A stretch of 36,591 bases of DNA from Candidatus Micrarchaeota archaeon (GTDB taxonomy: Archaea; Micrarchaeota; Micrarchaeia; Norongarragalinales; UBA97): positions 21,145 to 57,735 of the forward strand of contig JBBSWX010000011.1 in assembly GCA_038046065.1 (NCBI GenBank), in the 5' to 3' direction. How positions within the stretch are numbered: the stretch's first letter is position 1; every line of letters begins with the position of its first letter. The notes under the pieces were generated by a model. It worked only from the letters and a program-made list of their open reading frames with translations. It had not been told where the DNA came from and made no database searches. Position numbers and translations under genes: made by a program. This document shows, one piece after another, positions 1 through 9,275 of the stretch.

Positions 1-1205
1 GCAACCGGGTCGAGCGCCTTGCGGTTGAGCGAGAGGAGCGCCTCCCAATCCGGCCGGCTTTCAACCTTGCTCAAACCGAAGGAAAGCACGAACTCGCGAA
101 TCACTTGCGGCAGTATCCCGCGCCGCCGCAATCCCGCTATCGTGGGCAGGCGCACGTCATCCCAACCCGACACGCGGCCGGTTTCGATGAGCGGCTTGAC
201 GAGTCTCTTGCTTAACGCCGTGCCTTTCAACGCCAAGCGCGAAAAGCCGTAAACAACGGGCTTGCGCATTCCCAAACATTCCAACAACGCCGCGTAAAGT
301 TCGTCCCGCAATTCGTACTCCTTGCTGCGCAGCGCGTGAGTCACGCCAGTAACCGAATCTGCCACGGCGGCCTCGAAATCGTAAGTGGGCCACGCCTTGA
401 ACTTCGTGCCTTGCCGCCAGTGAGCCGCGTCCAACACCCTGAAGAGCGTCGGGTCGCGCATTGCCGTGTTCGCGCTCTTCAAATCCCCCTTGAACCGTAT
501 TATCGCACCGCCCTTAGCAGTGCGGCCTTCGCGCATCGCGCCCCACACGCCAAGGTTTTCCTTCGCGCTGCGGCTGCGGCAGTTGCAGGCAACGCCCTTC
601 TCGCGCGAGAGTTTTACCGCCTCCTCGCCGCACGAGCACGCGTACGCCCCTCCTGCTGCAAGAAGTTGTTCGCAACGGTTGTAAAACTCTGGCATCAAGT
701 CCGACGCGTACACTACCTCGCCGTCAAACTCTATTCCCAGCCATTTCAAATCATAAAGTATTGCATTCGCGAACTCTTCCCTCTCCGCCTCGGGGTTCGT
801 GTCGTCAAAACGCAAGATGCACGTTCCCCCCCAATCGTTAGCGAGCTGCCGGTTGAGCCACGCGGCCTTCGCATGCCCAATGTGAGGATAGCCGTTCGGC
901 TCTGGAGGAAAGCGCGTCACCACCTTCCCTTCCTCGCACCCCTGCAGCGAGAGTTTTCTCTCCCCCTCGGCGGGCTTCTCGACAAAAGAATATTCTTTCA
1001 CTTGCGCAAGCATCTCGCCGCGCGAGAGCTTGTTCACCGCGGCAACTTGCTCGCCAACCCCCTTCATCGTCGCGCGTATATCCCCCTTGGCTGAAGGCAC
1101 TTCCGCAATCACCTTGCCCGCAACCGCCCCGGCGCTAGCCTTGCCGAACTCGATGGCATTCGCCAAGGCGTGCTTGCGAGCGGCTTCAACAATTTGAGCA
1201 TCCAT
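1..1205 (-). CDS. gltX: Glutamyl-tRNA synthetase, archaeal type. The N-terminal ~400 codons are present and the C-terminus runs off the left edge.
   Basis: Minus-strand frame open from ATG at 1205 to position 1; absent from the ORF track because there is no in-window stop. Hand translation gives MDAQIVEAARKHALANAIEFGKASAGAV..., then FPPEPNGYPHIGHAKAAWLN (HIGH motif), ILRFDDTNPE, WPTYDFEAAVADSVTGVTHALRSKEY and LSKRL. These are class I Glu/Gln-RS signatures. The start overlaps the stop of the upstream gene by 20 nt. Confidence 0.9.
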   Translation of the reverse strand, partial: MDAQIVEAARKHALANAIEFGKASAGAVAGKVIAEVPSAKGDIRATMKGVGEQVAAVNKLSRGEMLAQVKEYSFVEKPAEGERKLSLQGCEEGKVVTRFPPEPNGYPHIGHAKAAWLNRQLANDWGGTCILRFDDTNPEAEREEFANAILYDLKWLGIEFDGEVVYASDLMPEFYNRCEQLLAAGGAYACSCGEEAVKLSREKGVACNCRSRSAKENLGVWGAMREGRTAKGGAIIRFKGDLKSANTAMRDPTLFRVLDAAHWRQGTKFKAWPTYDFEAAVADSVTGVTHALRSKEYELRDELYAALLECLGMRKPVVYGFSRLALKGTALSKRLVKPLIETGRVSGWDDVRLPTIAGLRRRGILPQVIREFVLSFGLSKVESRPDWEALLSLNRKALDPV

Positions 1206-1746
1206 TACCTTCGCCTGCAGACTCTTTTTCAGCAACCATCTTCTCGAGCTCTTCAACCGCGCCTTTCGTTGTAGCCATTGCCCGGAAGTACTTAAAAGAC
1301 GGGTCGAGCTTTTCTAATATTCCTGCCATCATTTCGGTAGCGCCGCCCGTGCCCGTTATTGTGACGAGCGGAACGACTTCACCCACCGCGATTGTCGCTT
1401 CGTTCAGCGTGCCTATCTTGCCGCCAATCATCACGACTGCATCCGCGCTGCGAACCAGCGTGACGTTCCGGCCTTTGTAGCCCGCGCCGGTCTTCACCAT
1501 CACTGCAACGCCCGTGCTGTCAATAGCATAACCTTTCTCGTGCCGCTTGCCTTCCGGGCTTATTCCAACCACGAGGCCGCCTCGCTTGCGCGCCTCGGCA
1601 GAGGCAATTGCGCCCACGCCGGGAGCCGCGCCCGTAAGCGGCGCGTGCCCAGCAGCAGCGATTTTCGCGCCGATCTCTCCCGCCGCCTTTTCCGCCTGCG
1701 GCGAAATATTCCTGTGCCCGCCGATAACTGCAATCTGAAGTTTCAT
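1186..1746 (-). CDS. LOG / TIGR00725-like Rossmann-fold protein (lysine-decarboxylase-like family)
   Basis: 186-aa ORF with MKLQIAVIGG..., GLVVGISP and AVVMIGGKIGTLNE, typical of the LOG/TIGR00725 fold. It is tightly packed in the same-strand gene string. Confidence 0.6.
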   Translation of the reverse strand: MKLQIAVIGGHRNISPQAEKAAGEIGAKIAAAGHAPLTGAAPGVGAIASAEARKRGGLVVGISPEGKRHEKGYAIDSTGVAVMVKTGAGYKGRNVTLVRSADAVVMIGGKIGTLNEATIAVGEVVPLVTITGTGGATEMMAGILEKLDPSFKYFRAMATTKGAVEELEKMVAEKESAGEGNGCSNC

Positions 1747-1749
1747 TTC

Positions 1750-1978
1750 TCACACCCTCGCGAAACCATTGAAATGAATCTCGTCATCCTTGAACACTTC
1801 CACCACGTGGCACTTCACCCTCCAGCCAATAATTGCGTTGGCCTTCCTTCAAGAAAACGAATTCAACCCCCGCCGCGAGGCCGGGGGGAATGCACGCCTC
1901 CTGCTTGCGCCTTCCCGCGTTGAACTCGGCAATGTTGCGTAACGCCAAGTCGGGGTTGAACTCAACTTGGATGCCCAT
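1750..1978 (-). CDS. Small ORF of unknown function, apparently interrupted by a 1-nt frameshift
   Basis: ATG at 1978 lies 5 nt after the fni stop. The frame reads MGIQVEFNPDLALRNIAEFNAGRRKQEACIPPGLAAGVEFVFLKEGQRNYWLEGEV and then stops at 1784. The adjacent frame continues HVVEVFKDDEIHFNGFARV and stops at 1750, 3 nt before the next gene's ATG. Removing one C near 1811-1812 fuses both parts into about 75 aa. Confidence 0.4.
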
Positions 1979-1983
1979 CAAAA

Positions 1984-2991
1984 TCACTCGACGAGGCGCG
2001 CCTTGCGCAGTTCCGCGAGGCTGCGGCTTCCAGTGCAAAGCATCGCAATCTTCAACTGTTCCTTCCACGCACGGATTTCCGCGCGCACGCCCTCCCCTCC
2101 GCCGTTGCGTTGCGCCTTGATGAACGGCGCCGCGGCGCCTGCCAGCGTGGCGCCCAAGCGAATGGCCTTCGCCGCGTCAAGCCCGCTCCTCACGCCGCCA
2201 CTCGCGACAACCGGAATTTTGATTGCCTTCGAAACTTCCTTCACCGCTGTTGCGGTAGGTATCCCCCAATCCCAAAACACGTCCGCCTCGCGCTTGCCGC
2301 CGCGCGCGAGTTCAACCGCAACCCAACTCGTGCCGCCCGCACCAGCAACGTCTATCGCCGCAACGCCCGCAGACTCGAGCTTCTTCGCAACCGCCGCGCT
2401 CACGCCGTTGCCCACTTCCTTCGCGATGACTGGCCTACCGCACTCCTTCACCGTGCGCCTCACCGCGTCCAAAACTCCCTTCCACGCCAAATCGCCGCCT
2501 TGCTGCGCAGCCTCGTGGCAAGGGTTCAAATGCACCGCCAGCGCGTCGGCCTTCAACGCGTCAAGCGCGCCCCGCAGCTTAGCCAACTCCATTTTCTTCA
2601 ACTGCGCGCCCCCAATGTTGCCGATGAGAAATACTTTTGGCGCTTTCTGCCGCACGTCGAACGTCCTCGCCAACGCTGGGTTTTCTACCATGGCTCGCAT
2701 GCTCCCCAAGCCGAAAGCCACGCCTTCCGCCTGGCACGCTGCCGCCAAGTCGTTGTTAATGCGCTCTGCCTCAGGATAGCCGCCGGTCATTCCCGTGACG
2801 ATGAACGGCGCGTCGAACTTCCTGCCCAAGAACGTTGTGGTAGTGTCAATGTCTTTCCAGTCTAGCTCTGGAAGGCAGCAGTGTTCGAACTCCACCTTTT
2901 CGAAGCCGGTGGTCTTGCGTTCGGCCTCCACGCCGCCAGTTAAAACTGCTTCAACGTGCTCTTTCTTGCGCGATTGAATAGCTTCAGCCAT
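1984..2991 (-). CDS. fni: Type 2 isopentenyl-diphosphate delta-isomerase (FMN-dependent)
   Basis: 335 aa with FIVTGMTGG, GLGSMR, KEVGNG, AIDVAGAGGTSW and ASGGVRSGLD, matching the IDI-2 TIM-barrel pattern. Confidence 0.9.
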   Translation of the reverse strand: MAEAIQSRKKEHVEAVLTGGVEAERKTTGFEKVEFEHCCLPELDWKDIDTTTTFLGRKFDAPFIVTGMTGGYPEAERINNDLAAACQAEGVAFGLGSMRAMVENPALARTFDVRQKAPKVFLIGNIGGAQLKKMELAKLRGALDALKADALAVHLNPCHEAAQQGGDLAWKGVLDAVRRTVKECGRPVIAKEVGNGVSAAVAKKLESAGVAAIDVAGAGGTSWVAVELARGGKREADVFWDWGIPTATAVKEVSKAIKIPVVASGGVRSGLDAAKAIRLGATLAGAAAPFIKAQRNGGGEGVRAEIRAWKEQLKIAMLCTGSRSLAELRKARLVE

Positions 2992-3035
2992 GAATAGTTT
3001 TATCCGCGCGTTGCTTTAAAACCCGCGCGGCTCGC

Positions 3036-4157
3036 CTATTCAGCGCGCACGCCTTCGTTGCTCGCGCCCACGCCCAGCACCCGCAGCTTCTTCGCAGGGT
3101 ACTTGCGCCAAAACGCCTCCAGCCGCAGCTTGTCCTCCCGCGAGCGGCACAACGCCGCTATCGCATCGCCGCCGCCAGCGCCGGGAAGCTTGCAGCAAAA
3201 CGCGCCGTGACGCTCGCTCTCCTCGATGAGTTTCGTACAATCGTCCGTCTCGATGGGCGCGCCGCTCTTCACACCTAACTCTTTCGTAATCGTCCTGCCT
3301 AGCGTGAAATGTTTCTTGAACTCATCGAGCTTGCCTTCGTCAAGCGCGCTTATCGCCGCCGCGTTCGCTTCGTTAAGGCGCGCCATCAACTGCGAGTACT
3401 CGCCGGGCGCAGCGGCCTTCCACGCGTTGACTTTCTTCACCATCGCGCTCGTGCTCGCGCTTTCGCCGTCGAAGCTCGCCATCGCCACGTGCAACTCCCG
3501 CGGCAGGGGCACGGGCGTTATGCTGCAATCCCAATTTGCGTTTATCGCCCCAACAATTTTTTCAGCCGAGCTTTCCAAAACGCCTTTCACGATGCCTGGC
3601 GAGTAGCGTACGTACTTGCAACCGCCAAAGCACGCCGCTGCAACGTCGAAACCGCTGCCCACCTTGCCTTGCACTAGCGAGTGCACCATCTGCGAAGTCT
3701 TGTGAACAAGCTCTCGCTCCGTCGCAACCTTCATTCCGTGCGCCTCGAACACCGCGCCCACTGCCGCCACGCTCACGGCCGCGCTGCTGCCCAAACCGCT
3801 CTTGCTCCCGCCGAAGCCGAACGCATCGTCGCTCTCCGTCTCCACGCGCACGCCGTCCACATTCACTCCCCGCGCCGACAGCACCGCGCACGAAACCTCG
3901 ACGGCCTTGCGCACGAATTTTGCCGCTTCAACCTGCTTTGCGTCCGCGCCTTCAAACGAAATCTTGCCATCCTTAATTTTTCCGGCAAGAGCCACCCCGA
4001 ACTGCGGGCAGCTCAACTCCACCCGGCCGCCCGCAAGCTTTTCCACCTTTGCAGTCACGCGCTTGTTTATGCCCGTAACATGACTTTCATTAGGCCGCTC
4101 TAGGACAGAGTACCCGCCAATCCACAATATCTTTCCCGGAGCTGAAACCGTCGCCAT
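3036..4157 (-). CDS. pmk: Phosphomevalonate kinase (ERG8/MvaK2-type GHMP kinase)
   Basis: 373 aa. N-terminal APGKILWIGGYSVLE, GHMP motif GGSKSGLGSSAAVSVAAVGAV and C-terminal KLPGAGGGDA. It sits between mvaD and fni, as in bacterial mevalonate operons. Confidence 0.75.
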   Translation of the reverse strand: MATVSAPGKILWIGGYSVLERPNESHVTGINKRVTAKVEKLAGGRVELSCPQFGVALAGKIKDGKISFEGADAKQVEAAKFVRKAVEVSCAVLSARGVNVDGVRVETESDDAFGFGGSKSGLGSSAAVSVAAVGAVFEAHGMKVATERELVHKTSQMVHSLVQGKVGSGFDVAAACFGGCKYVRYSPGIVKGVLESSAEKIVGAINANWDCSITPVPLPRELHVAMASFDGESASTSAMVKKVNAWKAAAPGEYSQLMARLNEANAAAISALDEGKLDEFKKHFTLGRTITKELGVKSGAPIETDDCTKLIEESERHGAFCCKLPGAGGGDAIAALCRSREDKLRLEAFWRKYPAKKLRVLGVGASNEGVRAE

Positions 4158-4215
4158 ACTGCATTTCCCCCAATTTGCGTTGCCTTCCTCGCGCGTTACC
4201 GATTTGCCTCGCGAG

Positions 4216-5286
4216 TCATTTCACGACAATGCCCTTGCCTTCAACAAACGAGTGTTCCCGCACGCTTCCATCTGCGTTCAACAAGTGCCCTTTGTCAAGA
4301 TACTTTGGCCCTTCTCCCACGCGGCAAACCATCACTTTGCGCACGCCTTCAACGCCTTCAAGCATCTTTCGCACCGCAGCCACGTCCTTCTCCAGCGTGT
4401 ACACGTGCGCATTCGGCCCGGCGTCGAAAGTATACCCTGCCACGACCTTCCCAGCCGCCGCGTTCAACGCGTTCACGCCATGCATTATTTCCTTCGACCA
4501 GTCGTTCAAGTACGTTATCGGCGGCGTAGTATCAAGCATCACCGCGTGCATGTTGCTGCTCTCGCGCATCGTTAACTCGGCGAACGTGGGAAAGTCTTTT
4601 GCGAGCACCGCCTTCTTCATCGCGTCAATGGTTGCGGGCAAGTAATCCATTCTCGCTTTGTAAAGCGCGCTCGTCGCCACCGTTTGTTTCATTCCCGCGC
4701 GCGAAGAAACCTTCTTCTTACCGGCATCCACCACCACAATCACGTTCCGCAGTTCCGGCCAATGCGCCGCGGGCGCGATTTGCTCGGCGAACGAGTCGCT
4801 CCCGTCCGGCTTTTCCCCCTTCCGCCATTCCACGAACCCGCCAAGCACGCTGCGGCAAGCGCTGCCCGAACCCCGGCGCGCGAGCATCGACAACTCCCGG
4901 TCGCTCAGCGTCAAGCCCGCCGCCTTGCTCGCAGCGCAAGCCAACGCAGCCAACCCCGCCGCGCTCGACGCGAACCCTGCCGCAGTGGGGAAACAGTTGA
5001 TGGAAACGATGCGCGCTTTGTCCGTAATCCCGGCCTTCTTGCGTACGAGGTCAAGCTGCACCACGCGCTCGGCCACCTCTTTTTCCTTCAAGTCCACTTT
5101 CGCGCCATTCAACCAAAATTCGTCTTCCTTAAACTTATTAGAAAACATCACGCTCGTGCGCGTCTTCAGCTGTCCGTCCATCGTGAAGCTCAAGCTGCCG
5201 TTCTGCGGCAAGACCAGCTTCTCGTCGCGCTTCCCCCAATACTTTACGACCGCAATGTTCGCAGTCGCCTCGCAAGTTGCAATCAT
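4216..5286 (-). CDS. mvaD: Diphosphomevalonate decarboxylase family (MVD/MvaD)
   Basis: 356 aa with NIAVVKYWGKRD, TAAGFASSAAGLAAL, ARRGSGSACRS and TFDAGPN, the canonical MVD motifs. Specificity for mevalonate-PP versus mevalonate-P cannot be read from the sequence alone. Confidence 0.85.
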   Translation of the reverse strand: MIATCEATANIAVVKYWGKRDEKLVLPQNGSLSFTMDGQLKTRTSVMFSNKFKEDEFWLNGAKVDLKEKEVAERVVQLDLVRKKAGITDKARIVSINCFPTAAGFASSAAGLAALACAASKAAGLTLSDRELSMLARRGSGSACRSVLGGFVEWRKGEKPDGSDSFAEQIAPAAHWPELRNVIVVVDAGKKKVSSRAGMKQTVATSALYKARMDYLPATIDAMKKAVLAKDFPTFAELTMRESSNMHAVMLDTTPPITYLNDWSKEIMHGVNALNAAAGKVVAGYTFDAGPNAHVYTLEKDVAAVRKMLEGVEGVRKVMVCRVGEGPKYLDKGHLLNADGSVREHSFVEGKGIVVK

Positions 5287-5349
5287 TTTACGCCACCGTA
5301 ATTCTTTTCGAGGTTAGGTAATTTATTCCCTTGGCTTCAAAGAAAGGCT

Positions 5350-6399
5350 ATGGCGATTACCGCTTCCGCACCTAACAAGGTTCACTTGGCGGGCGAGCAC
5401 AGCGTAGTGTACGGCGGGCTGGCGTTAATGGCGCCAGTCGAAGTCAACGGCAAGCGCAACCGCATCACGCTCGCCGAAGAAGGCGCGCCCATCGGTTGCG
5501 AAAAGCTGGTTTTCAAAGGCGACCTCGGCACCGCCATACTGCTGGCCGACGGCTCGCGCACCGGCGACGAGAAGTACTTCCCGATGTTCGAAGCGGCGTT
5601 GAAAGTTTTCGAAGCTGTGGGGTTCAAGCTTTCTCACAGCGGCAAGCGCCTCACGGCAACGCTCGAGTATTCAGGCGCGCCGAAAGGCACCGGCAATTCC
5701 GCGTCCATTCCCGCCGCGCTAGCAGCGGCGTTGTACGCCTACTTCGGCAAGAAACCTTCCAAGGCAGAGTTGTTCGCCGCGGCTTTTGTTGTTGACAACG
5801 CCTACCACGGTGGAAAAAGCAGCGGCGGCGACCCGCAAGCGGTGGTAAGCGACTGCCCCCAGTTGTTCAAGCGCATCTTCCACAACGGCAATGCAACTCC
5901 CAAGTACGAGGACGCGCCAATCGCGTTGCCGAAAGGCACGGCGCTTTTGTTGATAGACTCTTACCGCAGCGGCGAGAAGGCCAACACTGGCGCGCTTATC
6001 GCCGAGTTCGCCAAACGCCGCGGCATAACGAAAACGCCAGTCGAGTTAAGCGACGCAGAACGCGCCAAGATAATTGCGCCGTTCGACGTTATCGTCAAGA
6101 AAATACTTGTGGAGTGTCAGCTCGACGGCGACGCTAAGAAACTCGGAGCGCTCTTCGACGAGAACCATTCGCTGCTGCGCGACAGCGGCGTTTCCGCGCC
6201 CGATATGGCCGCGTGCATTACTATCGCCAAGCAGTCGGGCTGCCTTGGCGCGAAAGGCATAGGCGCGTGCGGCAACGGCGGCGCGGTAATTGCATTGTGC
6301 CACTCTGATAAATTGGCGGCTGTAGAAAGCGCCCTTTCCGCCAAAGGTTTCAAGGCATTCAAAATCAACTTTGCGACGCGCGGCGCAGGCGTGGATTAA
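5350..6399 (+). CDS. mvk: Mevalonate kinase-like GHMP kinase (divergent motif II)
   Basis: 349 aa. N-terminal APNKVHLAGEHSVVYGG matches the MVK motif I. Motif II reads PKGTGNSASIPAALAAAL instead of the usual GLGSSAA. Motif III reads KGIGACGNGGAVIAL. The gene is divergent from mvaD. Confidence 0.7.
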   Translation: MAITASAPNKVHLAGEHSVVYGGLALMAPVEVNGKRNRITLAEEGAPIGCEKLVFKGDLGTAILLADGSRTGDEKYFPMFEAALKVFEAVGFKLSHSGKRLTATLEYSGAPKGTGNSASIPAALAAALYAYFGKKPSKAELFAAAFVVDNAYHGGKSSGGDPQAVVSDCPQLFKRIFHNGNATPKYEDAPIALPKGTALLLIDSYRSGEKANTGALIAEFAKRRGITKTPVELSDAERAKIIAPFDVIVKKILVECQLDGDAKKLGALFDENHSLLRDSGVSAPDMAACITIAKQSGCLGAKGIGACGNGGAVIALCHSDKLAAVESALSAKGFKAFKINFATRGAGVD

Positions 6400-6423
6400 G
6401 CGAAAACACCTTTATCGCAGAAG

Positions 6424-6465
6424 TTATAATCGTGGTTATAACCGAATTATAATCGTGTTAATAAC
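6424..6465. repeat. AT-rich imperfect direct repeat (TTATAATCGTG plus GTTATAAC/TTAATAAC) x2
   Basis: TTATAATCGTG occurs at 6424-6434 and 6447-6457, each followed by a TTATAAC-like tail. The repeat lies in the convergent intergenic gap between mvk and the HD gene. Confidence 0.5.
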
Positions 6466-6494
6466 TCCTGCCCGGCGCTAGCCGAACAAATAGG

Positions 6495-7400
6495 CTAGGA
6501 GCGTTCCTTGAACGGCGCGGCGAGCATCTTGCGCGAGAACTCCAGCGCGTCTTCAAGATGCGTGGGAATGTCGGCTTCAAATTCGCCAAGCCTTTTCGCG
6601 TACTCTAACCTGAATTCCCCTGCGTGCGTGCCTCGCGCGCCCGCCTTCTCGCCCAACCGCACTATGCCGAGCGCGCCTGCAACGTTGAGGAACGAGTCCG
6701 CGTCACGGCTCGCCCCTGCCGCCGAAATTTCTTTTTCAAGCTCGTCATTGAACTCTTTCACGAACGCGAGACCCTTGCGCGAGTCTGGATAGTATTTCTC
6801 GAGAAGCTTCCCCGCAGGCGTTTCGAAGAACTCCTCGAGCTTTTTCTCGCGCTTGCGGCAGTACTCCAACTTTTCATTATCGCCCGACTTTCCACCAGTG
6901 CATTCTCCCAAAAACACCGCGCGCGCCCACACGACTCCCGGGCGCGCTTGCGCAAGCTTGTCTGCAGCTTTGAGCGCCATTCCTGCCAGCGAGTAGGGTT
7001 CCTTGCATTCGCGCGAGTGGCCGACGCTAATGCCGAAAGAGTGCGTCGCAATTGCTGCGGCAACCGCATCAGCAATTTTCTGCGAGTATCCTTCCTTCGA
7101 AAGAATTTCGCGCGCGGCAACCGCACCGTGTTTTTCGTGCTCGTCCTGCCGTCCTTTCTCGCGCAGCTTTCCTTCCGAAGGACGTTCGTAATCGTGCAGC
7201 AACCCCGCGAGGAACGCCGTCAATTCCTCTTCCGTGCCGCCGTGCTCGCCGCGTACTATCTTCACCGCGGCCTTCGCAACTTCATTCACGTGGCTCCAGC
7301 CGTGAATCGCGCTGTGCCCCCCCGAGGCAACGCCCTCGTCGTAATGCCGGCGGATGCGCTTTACGAAATCTTCCTCAACAACCAGCTTGCCCATCATCAC
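6495..7400 (-). CDS. HD-domain metal-dependent phosphohydrolase
   Basis: 301 aa with HGWSHVNEV ... LLHDYERP (H...HD signature) and a later ATHSFG. Its start overlaps the stop of the upstream ORF (ATGA at 7397-7400). Confidence 0.65.
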   Translation of the reverse strand: MMMGKLVVEEDFVKRIRRHYDEGVASGGHSAIHGWSHVNEVAKAAVKIVRGEHGGTEEELTAFLAGLLHDYERPSEGKLREKGRQDEHEKHGAVAAREILSKEGYSQKIADAVAAAIATHSFGISVGHSRECKEPYSLAGMALKAADKLAQARPGVVWARAVFLGECTGGKSGDNEKLEYCRKREKKLEEFFETPAGKLLEKYYPDSRKGLAFVKEFNDELEKEISAAGASRDADSFLNVAGALGIVRLGEKAGARGTHAGEFRLEYAKRLGEFEADIPTHLEDALEFSRKMLAAPFKERS

Positions 7401-7711
7401 GCCTTCATCTTCTCGCGCGGATGGCGTTGCATCTCTTGAAAGATTTGCAGCGCCCTTGCCGCGTTTAACCTCAAATCACGGTCAAAGCCTAGTGGCGTGA
7501 CCGGCAGAGTTTTAATTGAAAAATGAGGCCTTTCGACGGTATCCTCGCCTTTCGGCCGCCCCCAATCGGGACTGAGAACCCCTACGACGCGCGGTTTTTC
7601 ACCCTTTTCGCCCGCGTGCAAAAGAAAAGCTTCGCTTTCAACTGGTTTTACGATAACATGGTTTGGCGTCAATTTAATAGTCGTAGTTTTCATTCCGTTT
7701 TGCCTTACCAT
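7397..7711 (-). CDS. Hypothetical protein (about 98-104 aa)
   Basis: ATG at 7711 abuts the hmgA stop at 7712-7714; an alternative ATG lies at 7693. The stop overlaps the HD gene start. The composition is protein-like (MKTTTIKLTPNHVIVKPVESEAFLLHAGEKGEKPRVVG...). No family was recognised. Confidence 0.45.
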   Translation of the reverse strand: MVRQNGMKTTTIKLTPNHVIVKPVESEAFLLHAGEKGEKPRVVGVLSPDWGRPKGEDTVERPHFSIKTLPVTPLGFDRDLRLNAARALQIFQEMQRHPREKMKA

Positions 7712-9010
<1,299 letters not shown>

Positions 9011-9030
9011 CAAAACCACCTTACTATAGT

Positions 9031-9081
9031 GTAATGCCATTTATCCGGTAATGCCATATATCTCGTAATGCCACATCGCGC
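9031..9081. repeat. 17-bp tandem direct repeat x3 (GTAATGCCAYNTNTC...) in the hmgA/HMGS divergent promoter
   Basis: GTAATGCCA starts at 9031, 9048 and 9065, an exact 17-bp period. Units 1 and 2 carry ATAAATGG / ATATATGG on the minus strand (TATA-like). Confidence 0.7.
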
Positions 9082-9275
9082 AATCGTCGTTGCAGTCTTT
9101 ATTGCCCCTCGCTTTTTCTGCCCTTCGTTTCGCCTATTCATTTCTTCTCGAGCTTTTCCTCTAATAAGCTTCAGCCCCCCGAAACCGTTTTTCAGTCAAT
9201 CGCCGAAACGAGCTTCGTTTGTTGGAAACGCTTTTATATGCCCGTCCGGCACAACACGTTCAGGCTGTTTCTCAA

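Noticed and set aside
336-1094. 252-aa plus-strand ORF, together with 157-393 and 466-684
   Set aside because: It is antisense to the clearly recognisable GluRS frame, and its translation is Arg/Ala/Pro-rich nonsense typical of GC-rich antisense frames.
1784-2068. 94-aa version of the small ORF starting at 2068
   Set aside because: The first 30 codons overlap the 3' end of fni in another frame. The internal ATG at 1978 gives a clean non-overlapping start.
3004-3030. GC-clamped hairpin CCGCGCG-N13-CGCGCGG between pmk and fni
   Set aside because: It probably just frames an internal TATA-like GTTTTAAAG for fni. There is no T-tract, so it is not called as a terminator.
9031-9081. Possible mini-CRISPR (17-bp repeats); also the 10-bp arrays at 27559-27617 and 29038-29085
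   Set aside because: The repeat units are far too short and contiguous, there are no spacers, and no cas genes are present.
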